64,000 nt of DNA, taken from assembly GCA_964636785.1 (NCBI GenBank), contig CAZWVK010000002.1, positions 3,347 to 67,346 of the forward strand, given 5' to 3'. The DNA is from an uncultured Pseudobdellovibrionaceae bacterium. GTDB taxonomy: Bacteria > Bdellovibrionota > Bdellovibrionia > Bdellovibrionales > UBA1609. Below, in pieces: positions 46,196 to 56,012 of the stretch (within the stretch, counting starts at the first letter, position 1; each line of letters opens with the position of its first letter). The notes under the pieces are model-generated. The model did not search any database, was not told where the DNA came from, and saw only the letters and a list, made by a program, of their open reading frames with translations. A program made the translations under genes and the position numbers.

Positions 46196-47859
46196 AATCC
46201 ACCTGAGGCGCCTTCGCCTCTGGAGTCATGGGCGGACTTAAGCAGTCCGTCCTGTGTTCTTTGGACAGCATAGACTTTGGCCATCCCGCCCTCTTTGACT
46301 TCATGGCCGCGCTTTTCAAGAGCCTTGATCACATCCGGCGAGAGCCGATTTCGATCCACATATAGAGTGTTTGGAAGGAACTGATGATAAACCCGCGGAG
46401 ACTGAGTAGCGAGATCAAGATCAAGGTTTTGGGCGAGCACACGGTAAAGAACATGAAGAACGCCGGAAATGATTCTTGGTCCTCCTGGGGCTCCCAGTGC
46501 CAGAACGACTTTTTTATCTTTCATAACTAGGGTTGGAGTCATTGAACTGAGTGGACGCTTTCCGGGCTCAACATTATTTACTTCACCTTGTATCAATCCA
46601 AACATATTGGGCTTTCCGGGCTCCGTCGTGAAGTCATCCATCTCATTGTTTAAAGCAATTCCATAAATATTGCTGACGACCTCAGAGCCATAATTTCCAT
46701 TGAGTGTGGTTGTGAATGTAACCGTATTTCCTTTTGAGTCCATCACTGTGAAATGAGTCGTTTCAGTGGACTCCTGAGAGAAAAACTTTTTCTCGTCAAT
46801 GGGAGAGAGCGCTTTTGCTTTTTTTAGAGAGATTGTTTTTGCTAGCCCTTCCAATTCTTTTGGATCCAGGAGTCGATCGATTGGATTTTTATGAAAATCC
46901 GGGTCTGCAAGAAGGGCGCGTCCTCGATATGCTCGTGAATGGATCTCGCCAAATAGATGAAGTTCATCAACAGAAAGAAAAGGATATTTTTCGAGACCAA
47001 CAAGCTCTATAAGCTTTAAAGCTTGAGCAATCACAACGCCGCCACTGCTTGGTGGTGGCATAATATAGATTTCATGACCCTTGAATTCTGTTTTAAGTGG
47101 CTTCAACCAGCGAGTTCTATAATTTTTTAAATCTTCAAAACTTAAAACTCCGTTGTTCTCTTTGACGGTATTGACGAGATCTTTTGCAACCTCACCTTCA
47201 TAAAATCCTTTTGGTCCTTGATCGCGAAAAAGGCGTAAAGCTTTAGCAAGTTGTCTTTGTTTTAACTTTTCCCCTGGAAGATAAGAGGTTTTTGGATCTT
47301 TGAAAAAATACTTGATTCCAGCCGGATTGAAATTCTTTTTACTGCCTTCAGTCTTATCTATCCACTCACCTGACAGTTGAAAGCCTTCTTCTGCGAGTTT
47401 AAGTGGAGCTGCGAAAAGTGTTTTCCAACGGAGTTTGCCGTATTTTTTATGAAGATCGTATAAGCCCATTGGATTGCCAGGAACACCAACCGCACTGCCA
47501 CCGAGTCTTGAAGATAGTTTGTTTTTAGTGAAATAATCCGGTGAAGTGCCAAGCGGTGCAACCTCACGAAAATCCAAAGCAATAGGATCTTCATCACCCA
47601 TTTTCACAAGAGCGAATCCGCCACCTCCCAGTGCTGCATAGTAAGGAGTCGTCACTGAGATCGTAAGGCCAATCGCAACGGCCACATCGACCACATTGCC
47701 GCCCATCTCATAGATCTTTTTTCCGACCTCAACAGCATAAGGTGTAGGAGCAGAAATCTGTAATCGATGTCCCTCAGCGGGAATCGCTCCGCTCGAAAAA
47801 GAAAATGCGAACAGCGAGATCAGCACCACCGGTCTAATGAAAGATTTGCAAAAATTCAT
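46192..47859 (-). CDS. ggt: Gamma-glutamyltranspeptidase
   Basis: Autoprocessing/nucleophile Thr in ESTETTHFTVMD. PLSSMTP, GAPGGPRI. Signal peptide after ATG 47859 (AAGGAG upstream). Confidence 0.9.
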   Translation of the reverse strand: MNFCKSFIRPVVLISLFAFSFSSGAIPAEGHRLQISAPTPYAVEVGKKIYEMGGNVVDVAVAIGLTISVTTPYYAALGGGGFALVKMGDEDPIALDFREVAPLGTSPDYFTKNKLSSRLGGSAVGVPGNPMGLYDLHKKYGKLRWKTLFAAPLKLAEEGFQLSGEWIDKTEGSKKNFNPAGIKYFFKDPKTSYLPGEKLKQRQLAKALRLFRDQGPKGFYEGEVAKDLVNTVKENNGVLSFEDLKNYRTRWLKPLKTEFKGHEIYIMPPPSSGGVVIAQALKLIELVGLEKYPFLSVDELHLFGEIHSRAYRGRALLADPDFHKNPIDRLLDPKELEGLAKTISLKKAKALSPIDEKKFFSQESTETTHFTVMDSKGNTVTFTTTLNGNYGSEVVSNIYGIALNNEMDDFTTEPGKPNMFGLIQGEVNNVEPGKRPLSSMTPTLVMKDKKVVLALGAPGGPRIISGVLHVLYRVLAQNLDLDLATQSPRVYHQFLPNTLYVDRNRLSPDVIKALEKRGHEVKEGGMAKVYAVQRTQDGLLKSAHDSRGEGASGGF

Positions 47860-47921
47860 TCCAACAATCTCCTTAAAAGAATCTTGCACTTAAACTAGGC
47901 TTAAGCGAAAGTCACCATGCT

Positions 47922-48608
47922 ATGTCTAAGGGTGCTCAACTTCAACTTACTAAAACAAAAGCCATTCCGAATCCAAACTATTACGTTCTCGCACTTCTGG
48001 ACGAGTTCTCAAAGTGGGCATTCGATGAGGAGCGCTCTCCTGAGCTCAAAGGCCTTTGGCGCAAAGAGCTTGGTGTTTCGGAGGAACACCCTGTAGACCT
48101 TGAGATTGGAACGGGAAATGGATTTCATTTTGGTCATCAAGCGTTATCTCATCCTGAGCGTGGACTGATTGGAATTGAGCTCAAATACAAACCGCTCATT
48201 CAGTCCATTCGACGTGTGGTTAAAGCGCAAGGGAGCAATGCTAGAATCTGCAGATACAATGCAAGGTGTGTGAAAGATCTTTTTGCAGACGGTGAAATCA
48301 ACGATGTTTTTATTCATTTTCCTGATCCATGGATAAAAAAGACCAAACATCGACTGATTCAGGACGAATTTCTAAAGGATCTCCATTCGATTCAAAAGCC
48401 GGGCGGACGAGTTTATTTCAAGACGGACAGTCGGGATTATTTTGATTGGGCGCTTCCGAAGTTTGAAAGCAGCCCTTATCAGATGGTTGGTCATACTTTT
48501 GATTTGCACAAATCGGAGTGGGCGGATCGAAATTTTATTACCCATTTCGAGAGACTCTTCCTAAGGAAAAATCTCCCGATTCATTATGCGGAACTTTTAA
48601 AGAACTAA
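47922..48608 (+). CDS. trmB: tRNA (guanine-N7)-methyltransferase
   Basis: LEIGTGNG SAM motif, IHFPDPWIKK, and the YFKTD region typical of TrmB. Confidence 0.88.
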   Translation: MSKGAQLQLTKTKAIPNPNYYVLALLDEFSKWAFDEERSPELKGLWRKELGVSEEHPVDLEIGTGNGFHFGHQALSHPERGLIGIELKYKPLIQSIRRVVKAQGSNARICRYNARCVKDLFADGEINDVFIHFPDPWIKKTKHRLIQDEFLKDLHSIQKPGGRVYFKTDSRDYFDWALPKFESSPYQMVGHTFDLHKSEWADRNFITHFERLFLRKNLPIHYAELLKN

Positions 48609-49957
48609 GGGCAATTCGAATTTATAAGTGCCTGTCGGGTCTGAGCTTCAGAACCCAATCCCATAAATACGGTTTTAGGAAGCGCAGCTCTTTCCTTTTG
48701 AATGATTTGAAATCCTTGTGAATCCTCTTTCAAGCGGAGCAACTCATAGTCGAAACTTTCTGAGACGATTTCGCTTTTTAAATAAGCTCCCACTTGAATG
48801 GGGGACTTTCCATTGTATTCCATAGGGAGATTATAGGTGGCACTTGCTTGGGTCTGAGGAGCAATCCTCACAACCCGATGAGACTCTGTCTCTGATACGA
48901 CTTCTATGTGACTCTCAGCTGAAAACCACAATGCATCACCTCGAAAACTAAGGCATCGGCCTCTGTTGTTAAAATCTGGATAAGTCGCTACCGAGTGAGC
49001 CTTTAGAATTTTAGGAATTGAAATATAGCCAGAAGACTCGCCTTCGTTAACGATATTAATGCGGATGAAAGGAAAGCTACCTAGTGCTTTGTGCTGTGGC
49101 GTGAGCCAATGCTCAGCCATTAATTTGGTATTAAACATCGACATAGAGTGAGCTTCCACTCGAATTGGATTTGGTCCTAGTATCAGATCAAACGGCGCAG
49201 AAATTTCAGCGACGAGTCCATCTTCGTTTTTCGTTAGAATTTGACAGCTTCTGACTGGATTTGCTTTTAAATCCGTGATGACAGAGGAATCCGACAGAGT
49301 TGAGTGGAAATCAAAGTCATCCAGTGATCTTAGCTCAGCAGCTGGGAAAGTGCTCTGGAACTGAAATGGATCACAATAAAGATGCGCTGTGCGCTCGCTT
49401 CGAACTGGAAGCTGAGCTTTTAAATCTTTCAATTGAGAGAGCTGCAGCGGAAGAGTGGACTGATCAAATGGAGTTTGATCAGAATTGAGAATCCGAATGG
49501 AGTTTTCTTTAAGAGGTGAAAGTTTAATTTGATTGATTGAAAATCCATGCCGATCTTTATTTATCGTCCAGGCGTTGAATTCAAAGCTACAGATGATGTC
49601 AGATGCTCCACGGACGATCAGAGTTTCAGGTACGAGTTGAAACAATTTAAAAGATTTTCTTATTCTCGTTTGAAATGCAGCTGCGAATTCCTCAGCGCCG
49701 GCCTGGCATCGAGTTGAAACATCTAGGTCCGTAAATTCGCCTGTTTCAGGGAAGTTCAAAGTATCTGATAATGACCAGTTGTTAGACTGTGTCGTGATCT
49801 GGCTCTTTAAATCCACAGCCTCGCCATTTTCAGATGAAAGATAGGGGGTGGAAATCTTCTTTGGACTTTGGACCTCAGCCTCTTGTTCTTTAGAGCAAGA
49901 AACCGATCCAAGAATGAAGACTGCAGTGACACTAAAAAGCTTTAATTTTGATTTCAT
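48605..49957 (-). CDS. Hypothetical lipoprotein
   Basis: Signal plus lipobox-like VFILGSVSCS. 450 aa. I recognise no family. Confidence 0.5.
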   Translation of the reverse strand: MKSKLKLFSVTAVFILGSVSCSKEQEAEVQSPKKISTPYLSSENGEAVDLKSQITTQSNNWSLSDTLNFPETGEFTDLDVSTRCQAGAEEFAAAFQTRIRKSFKLFQLVPETLIVRGASDIICSFEFNAWTINKDRHGFSINQIKLSPLKENSIRILNSDQTPFDQSTLPLQLSQLKDLKAQLPVRSERTAHLYCDPFQFQSTFPAAELRSLDDFDFHSTLSDSSVITDLKANPVRSCQILTKNEDGLVAEISAPFDLILGPNPIRVEAHSMSMFNTKLMAEHWLTPQHKALGSFPFIRINIVNEGESSGYISIPKILKAHSVATYPDFNNRGRCLSFRGDALWFSAESHIEVVSETESHRVVRIAPQTQASATYNLPMEYNGKSPIQVGAYLKSEIVSESFDYELLRLKEDSQGFQIIQKERAALPKTVFMGLGSEAQTRQALINSNCP

Positions 49958-50006
49958 CGATAGTTCTCCTTATTGGGAGAAAGAGATCGCAAAATAAGAG
50001 CCAGGA

Positions 50007-50318
50007 TCACCAATAAGTCGTATCGATTAGGATATCGCCGAGGACCTCCGTTTGGCAGGAAATTCTTTCATTGGGTTTGAGATTGAGGCGATCTCTTAAG
50101 ATTTTCTCTTGTTCATTGGGCGGAGAGAGTTTATCTGCTCCTGCCAGGATCTGAATGCGGCATCGGCCACAAATACCGTCTCCCTGACAGGAACTTGCAA
50201 CCGGAATTTTCTGCTCACGCAAGACCGCCATTAAATTATCATGAACTTCACAAAAAATCGGAGTGTGTCCTTTATTGAAAGATATAATCGGCACAAGAAC
50301 ATCTTGCGTCGAATTCAA
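50007..50318 (-). CDS. 2Fe-2S ferredoxin
   Basis: Cys cluster SSCQGDGICGRC (C-x5-C-x2-C) plus a distal ISCQ. 103 aa. TTG start is uncertain. Confidence 0.7.
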   Translation of the reverse strand: MNSTQDVLVPIISFNKGHTPIFCEVHDNLMAVLREQKIPVASSCQGDGICGRCRIQILAGADKLSPPNEQEKILRDRLNLKPNERISCQTEVLGDILIDTTYW

Positions 50319-50340
50319 GAGCAGGGCAAACCATTATAGT

Positions 50341-51024
50341 ATGGAGAAACGCAAGATCGCGGTATTGGGATCCAGTCGGGGACTTGGAGCAGAGCTCGCA
50401 CGAGTGGCTGTCAGTGAAGGCTCAAATCAAGTTCCGTTTCATGTCTTGGGTGTCGCTCGGAAAACAGAACACTTAAGCCAGTTAAAAGATGAACTGGGGC
50501 CGAATTTTTCATTTTTAAATCTCGATCTTTCAAAAGAAGATGATCTTTCACATCTGGAAGGTGAGCTTAATGATTTCATGCCCTCACAGATTTTTTATGT
50601 GGCGGGCGGTGGTCCTTATGGAGCTTTTGGTGATCGCCCCTTTCACTCCCATCAGTGGGCATGGCGGGTCACCTATGAAGCCGCTGCGCGGATCTGCCAC
50701 TATGCCTTAAGAGCTCATGAGCGACCTCAGGTGATCTTAATCGGATCAGCCATATGTGAGAGTCAGCCTGACCTTCATGCGTCCTCCTATGCGGCAGCCA
50801 AACATGCAGTGAAAGGGCTCTATACCTCACTTCGTCGGGAGTATCCGGATTGGGATTTGAGGTTGTTTTCACCGGGGTATTTGGACACAGAGCTTCTCCC
50901 CAAGAATGCGCAAGTGAGATATAAAAAGCTCTGGGAGCCTAAGGTCGTAGCACATATGCTTTTTGATTGGTCGCAAGACAAAGGCCATTTTGGCTCGCAT
51001 AGAGTTTTATCAGATCACCCATGA
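50341..51024 (+). CDS. Short-chain dehydrogenase/reductase (SDR)
   Basis: IAVLGSSRGLGAELA (TGxxxGxG-like) and YAAAKHA (YxxxK). ATG 50341; the tracked ORF start (50263) would overlap the ferredoxin gene. Confidence 0.75.
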   Translation: MEKRKIAVLGSSRGLGAELARVAVSEGSNQVPFHVLGVARKTEHLSQLKDELGPNFSFLNLDLSKEDDLSHLEGELNDFMPSQIFYVAGGGPYGAFGDRPFHSHQWAWRVTYEAAARICHYALRAHERPQVILIGSAICESQPDLHASSYAAAKHAVKGLYTSLRREYPDWDLRLFSPGYLDTELLPKNAQVRYKKLWEPKVVAHMLFDWSQDKGHFGSHRVLSDHP

Positions 51025-51971
51025 AAGGAAATCTTGTGGATAAAAAAGTTGAGAATGTGATTATCATTGGTTCAGGACCTGCAGGTCTTACTGCTGCCAT
51101 TTATGCTGCGCGCGCGAATTTGGAACCGATTATGATCGAAGGGTTTGAGTCCGGCGGCCAACTTATGACAACAACGGATGTCGAAAATTTTCCGGGCTTT
51201 GCGGAAGGGATCATGGGTCCTGATTTGATGATGGTCACTCGCAAACAGGCCGAGCGGTTTGGAACTCGATTTGTAACTAAAAATGTGACTAAAGTGGATT
51301 TTTCATCACATCCATTTAAAATCTGGGTTGATAATGATCTTTACCAATCGAAAGCGGTGATCATTTCCACAGGAGCTAGCGCGAAGTACTTGGGATTAGA
51401 GAACGAGCGCAGATTGCTTGGCCGTGGCGTTTCCGCATGTGCCACCTGTGATGGAGCCTTTTTTAAGAACCAGGAAGTTTGTGTGGACGGTGGCGGTGAC
51501 ACGGCTATGGAAGAGGCGAATTTCTTAACTCGATTTGCTTCCAAGGTTTATATCATTCACCGTCGGGATGAGTTTCGAGCCTCAAAAATCATGGTCGAGC
51601 GTGCATTAAAGAATCCAAAAGTGACTGTTCTTTACGACACTCAGCTGGTCGATGTTCTTGGAGATAAAGGCGTCACTGGAATTAAAGTTCGCAATTTAAA
51701 ATCTGGTGAAGAGCAGGAAATGAAAATGGATGGTGTGTTTATCGCGATTGGACACCAGCCCAATACGGACCTTTTTAAAGGGCAAATCGAGACCAATGAA
51801 GTGGGATATATTCTTACAAATGGAAAATCCACTTACACATCTGTTCCAGGCGTATTTGCGGCCGGCGATGTGCAAGATCCGGTTTATCGCCAGGCGGTGA
51901 CCGCAGCGGGAACAGGATGTATGGCCGCGATTGATGCAGAAAGATGGCTTGAGTCTCAGGAACATCAATGA
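51021..51971 (+). CDS. trxB: Thioredoxin-disulfide reductase
   Basis: IIIGSGPAG FAD motif, redox-active CATCDG, GGGDTAMEEA NADPH motif, GVFAAGDV. Confidence 0.93.
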   Translation: MKGNLVDKKVENVIIIGSGPAGLTAAIYAARANLEPIMIEGFESGGQLMTTTDVENFPGFAEGIMGPDLMMVTRKQAERFGTRFVTKNVTKVDFSSHPFKIWVDNDLYQSKAVIISTGASAKYLGLENERRLLGRGVSACATCDGAFFKNQEVCVDGGGDTAMEEANFLTRFASKVYIIHRRDEFRASKIMVERALKNPKVTVLYDTQLVDVLGDKGVTGIKVRNLKSGEEQEMKMDGVFIAIGHQPNTDLFKGQIETNEVGYILTNGKSTYTSVPGVFAAGDVQDPVYRQAVTAAGTGCMAAIDAERWLESQEHQ

Positions 51972-52459
51972 AGAAAATCAATGCGAAGGACTTTGTTGCG
52001 AAGGTTGAGAAAATCACAAAAGAAAGAATGGCCAAAGAAGAGGTCATTTCTTTTGAGGATTTGCGAAAACTAAAAACAAAGGCTTCGCATTATACTCTTC
52101 TAATCATTGAAGATGACGAAACGGTCCGCCAAGCTTTAAAGAGAGTTTTCGAGCGGGAAGATTACAAAGTCCTAGTTGCAGCTGATGGAACACAGCTTTC
52201 TGAAGTTCTAGATGATTCGCAACTCGATTTAATTATTCTTGATATTGGACTTCCCTGGATCAATGGCTTTGAGCTGGCTGAAATGATGAAAGAGCATCAG
52301 GACTTAAAAGAAATTCCACTGGTCTTTCTCTCGGGTCGCGACAGTGAAGAGGATATTAAACGAGGATTTGAAGTCGGGGCTGATGATTACATCACCAAGC
52401 CCTTTGATCTCGAAAAAGTTAAAAAAACCGTAAAGACTCTGATCCAGCTGGCCAAATAA
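51968..52459 (+). CDS. Stand-alone response-regulator receiver protein with an N-terminal extension of about 45 aa
   Basis: LLIIEDDE, LDIGLPWINGFE, ITKPF. ATGA overlap with the trxB stop. Confidence 0.8.
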   Translation: MKKINAKDFVAKVEKITKERMAKEEVISFEDLRKLKTKASHYTLLIIEDDETVRQALKRVFEREDYKVLVAADGTQLSEVLDDSQLDLIILDIGLPWINGFELAEMMKEHQDLKEIPLVFLSGRDSEEDIKRGFEVGADDYITKPFDLEKVKKTVKTLIQLAK

Positions 52460-52470
52460 AACTTAAGAGA

Positions 52471-54198
52471 CTAAAGCCGCTCAAGCACTGTTTTTGGCAT
52501 TCCCTTCGGGATCGCACTCAATAACTTCTTAGTATAGTCATGTTGAGGGTTTTCATAAATCCCAACCGCATCGTTCATTTCAACGACTTTACCGTTGTAC
52601 ATCACAGCAACCTCATCAGAGATAAACTTCACAACAGCCAAGTCATGAGAAATGAAAATATAAGTTAAATTGAGTTGCTCTTGAAGATCCAGCAGGAGGT
52701 TTAAAATCTGCGCTTGAATGGAAACATCCAGTGCCGAAACTGATTCATCGCAAATAATGAACTCTGGCTCAACGGCAAGAGCTCTTGCAATACAGATCCT
52801 TTGGCGTTGTCCTCCAGAAAACTCATGCGGATATCTATTGAGCATAGAGGGCTCAAGTCCCACTCGCTTCATAAGACTTGCGGCCATATCTAGTCGTTCG
52901 GATTTGGAAGAGCCTAAGTTATGAATCACCATAGGCTCCATCAGTGCGGCACCAATGGTCATTCGAGGATTGAGAGAGGCATATGGATCTTGAAAGATGA
53001 TCTGCATCTTTCTTCGCATTGCTCTCATATCGCTTTTATTGAGCTGAGTGACATCTGTTCCATTGTAGTTGATGGAACCAGCTGTTGGCTCAATCAAACG
53101 AAGGACAGTACGACCTAAAGTGGTTTTTCCACATCCGGATTCACCCACAAGTCCCAATGTTCTTCCTTTACGAACGGACAAAGACACATCATCGACCGCC
53201 TTCACCCAATTCTGTACTCCGCCGAAAAATCCCTTCTTGAGAGGGAAGTGCTTTTTTAGGTTTTTGATTTCCAAAAGGGGAGTCTGATGGCTTTTAACTT
53301 CTCTAGTTTCCTTTGCCGCCTTAATGACAGCTTGGTCCGGTGTGCGCTCTTTTCCATCCGGAGTCATGAAATCACTGACCACGGGAAGTCGTTTAGGGTG
53401 CTCATCCAGATTCGGACGACATGCTAAAAGACCTTTGGTGTAAGGATGTTTTGGATTCAAAAAGAGCTTCTCAGTGTCTTCCTTTTCAACAATGTCCCCG
53501 CGATACATCACGACGACTTCATCAGAGATGTCTGCGATCACACCGAGATCGTGAGTGATAAAGAGGACACTCATTCCATATTGCTTTTGAAGGTCAGCTA
53601 TCAAATCCAAGATTTGCTTTTGAATTGTGACGTCCAGAGCCGTTGTTGGCTCGTCGGCAATAAGAAGGTCCGGATTACAAGAGATAGCCATTGCAATCAT
53701 CACACGCTGACGCTGACCACCACTCATTTCATGAGGGTAACTTTTGATTCGCGAATGAGGATCAGGAATTCCAACTTGCTCAAGAAGCTCGATGGCGCGC
53801 TTCCAAGCCTGCTGTTTGGTCATTCCCTCGTGAAGAATCAAACTCTCGCAAATCTGATCTCCAACCGTGAAAACAGGATTCAAGCTTGTCATAGGCTCCT
53901 GGAAAATCATGGAGATTCTTTTTCCACGGATTTTTCTCATGGCGGGCTCAGAGAATTTTAAAAGATCTTTTCCTTCAAAAAGGATTTCACCAGAAGTCAC
54001 TTTTCCCGGTGGGTTTGGAATGAGTCCCATAATGGCCAAAGAGCTGACACTTTTTCCAGAACCGGATTCACCAACGAGACCAACTGTTTTTCCTTTTGGG
54101 ATGTCGAACGAGATATTTTTAACTGCTTTGACAGTGCCCTCGTCAGTTTGAAACTCTACGGAGAGATTTCGAATTTGAATTAAAGAGTCTGCTCCCAT
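52471..54198 (-). CDS. Fused double-ATPase ABC protein (YejF/GsiA/Opp D-F fusion type)
   Basis: Two Walker A motifs ([16 protein letters not shown]). Two signature motifs ([16 protein letters not shown]). Two Walker B motifs ([16 protein letters not shown]). Confidence 0.92.
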   Translation of the reverse strand: MGADSLIQIRNLSVEFQTDEGTVKAVKNISFDIPKGKTVGLVGESGSGKSVSSLAIMGLIPNPPGKVTSGEILFEGKDLLKFSEPAMRKIRGKRISMIFQEPMTSLNPVFTVGDQICESLILHEGMTKQQAWKRAIELLEQVGIPDPHSRIKSYPHEMSGGQRQRVMIAMAISCNPDLLIADEPTTALDVTIQKQILDLIADLQKQYGMSVLFITHDLGVIADISDEVVVMYRGDIVEKEDTEKLFLNPKHPYTKGLLACRPNLDEHPKRLPVVSDFMTPDGKERTPDQAVIKAAKETREVKSHQTPLLEIKNLKKHFPLKKGFFGGVQNWVKAVDDVSLSVRKGRTLGLVGESGCGKTTLGRTVLRLIEPTAGSINYNGTDVTQLNKSDMRAMRRKMQIIFQDPYASLNPRMTIGAALMEPMVIHNLGSSKSERLDMAASLMKRVGLEPSMLNRYPHEFSGGQRQRICIARALAVEPEFIICDESVSALDVSIQAQILNLLLDLQEQLNLTYIFISHDLAVVKFISDEVAVMYNGKVVEMNDAVGIYENPQHDYTKKLLSAIPKGMPKTVLERL

Positions 54199-54207
54199 TC
54201 ATCTACC

Positions 54208-55080
54208 TCACTTGTCTCTTAACTTGGGATCCAAAGCGTCTCGTAATGCATCATTAAACAACGTAAAAGCCAAAACCAAGAAGAACATAAAAAGCGTGGC
54301 GGCGGCAAGTCCCCACCAGACCTCTCGCGCCAATTCAAGGCGGGCATCGCTGATCATCATCCCCCAGGAAGGCACTCCAGGCTCAACGCCAAGCCCCAAG
54401 TAACTTAAAATCACTTCGGCCTTAATCGCAGAAACAAAACCAAGCGAAAAATTAATAAGGATCAAGTGACTGGTATTTGGGAGGATGTGAGTAAAGATTC
54501 GTCTCGCGTGACTGGCTCCCATCGCAAATGCGCCCTGAACATACTCCTGTCCACGCTGTTTGATAAATTCGGATCGAACAAGGCGGCAGTGACCGACCCA
54601 GGAAGTCAGTCCAATTGCCAAACAGAGAGTTTTGAGTCCAGGCCCGGAAACAAAGGAGAATGCAACAAGTAAAAGAATATAGGGGATATTATCGAGTGTG
54701 GAGTAAAACCAGGTGATCAATTCGTCCACGAGCCCACCAAAATACCCAGCGATCGCGCCAAGCAGTGTCCCAATTAAAATTGAAATTCCAGCAGCAGAAA
54801 AGCCAACAATGAGCGAGGTCACAGTTCCATGGGAGGCTCGCGCCAAAACATCTCGACCAAAGATATCTGTTCCAAACCAGTGCTCAGAGCTGGGTGGTTG
54901 AAATGAAATGGAGTTATTCACTTCATTGTAACTTGTAAAGATCAGATCCATGGCACATAGAGCGGCAAGACCCAAGTAAAAAGCAATGATCCAAAAGCTA
55001 ATCACTGCAATCTTATTGCGTTTGATTTTACGAACGGCATCGGCCCATAGGCTTCGACCTTGAGAGGATGCTTTTGTCAT
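54208..55080 (-). CDS. ABC peptide permease (OppC/DppC-like)
   Basis: WFGTDIFGRDVLAR motif. Six predicted TM segments. Confidence 0.9.
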   Translation of the reverse strand: MTKASSQGRSLWADAVRKIKRNKIAVISFWIIAFYLGLAALCAMDLIFTSYNEVNNSISFQPPSSEHWFGTDIFGRDVLARASHGTVTSLIVGFSAAGISILIGTLLGAIAGYFGGLVDELITWFYSTLDNIPYILLLVAFSFVSGPGLKTLCLAIGLTSWVGHCRLVRSEFIKQRGQEYVQGAFAMGASHARRIFTHILPNTSHLILINFSLGFVSAIKAEVILSYLGLGVEPGVPSWGMMISDARLELAREVWWGLAAATLFMFFLVLAFTLFNDALRDALDPKLRDK

Positions 55081-56012
55081 TCCAACCTCACCTTTGGATC
55101 TACCACGGCATAGAGAAGATCCGAGATCAGGTTAAATGTCGTATAAAGAATAGTTAGAATCACAATCATGGCTTTAATCACTGGAAAGTCGGCATTATTG
55201 ATCGCATTCACCAGCAACCCGCCAAGTCCTGGGATCCCAAAGAAAGATTCAATAAGAAGAGATCCAAGAATTAAAAAGGGAATCTGTAAAACCACCAGAG
55301 TGATAATTGGAATCAAAGCATTTCGAAGAACGTGTTTGATTAAAATTTTAAAACGAGAAATTCCTTTGGATCTTGCAGTACGCACATAGTCCTTGCTCAT
55401 CTCTTCAATAAAAATGGTGCGGAAAAGGAGAATGTATGTGCCCAAAGATAAAGAGATAAAAATAAAAATTGGCAAAATTGCATACTCCCACCGTCCGACA
55501 AAACTGGAGTCCCATCCACTGATTGGAAAAAGGTTCCATTTGTATGCAAGGAAGTATTGGCCAGCAAGGATATAAACCAAAGAGGAAACACTGATCAGAG
55601 CCAAACAGGTTACCATAGCGGTTTTATCAATTAACGAGTCGCGTTTGTAACCTAAGAAGAGTGACAAGGGGATGGTGATCAATAGTGAAATCAAAAACGC
55701 AGGCAAAGTCACTGTTAAGCTTGGACCGATTCCGGAAACAAACATCTCAGAGATTTGCTGTCTGGTTGACCATGAACGTCCGAAATCGAAAGTGATGATC
55801 TGTCTTAAGTAATCGAGATACTGAAAAACGAGAGGTTTATTTAATCCAAGTTCAGCACGAATGGCTTCGATCTGCTCAGCGGTGGCATACTTTCCAGCAG
55901 CCTGGGCGGCTGGATCGCCACCAGCCACATTGAAGAGTAAGAAGCAGATCAAGGTGACCCCAAAGAGAATTGGGATCATGTAGAGAATTCTTCGGAGGGA
56001 ATATTTGAGCAT
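55077..56012 (-). CDS. ABC peptide permease (OppB/DppB-like)
   Basis: MLKYSLRRILYMIPILFGVT N-terminus and YVRTARSKGISRFKILIKHVLRNALIP EAA region. Confidence 0.9.
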   Translation of the reverse strand: MLKYSLRRILYMIPILFGVTLICFLLFNVAGGDPAAQAAGKYATAEQIEAIRAELGLNKPLVFQYLDYLRQIITFDFGRSWSTRQQISEMFVSGIGPSLTVTLPAFLISLLITIPLSLFLGYKRDSLIDKTAMVTCLALISVSSLVYILAGQYFLAYKWNLFPISGWDSSFVGRWEYAILPIFIFISLSLGTYILLFRTIFIEEMSKDYVRTARSKGISRFKILIKHVLRNALIPIITLVVLQIPFLILGSLLIESFFGIPGLGGLLVNAINNADFPVIKAMIVILTILYTTFNLISDLLYAVVDPKVRLE

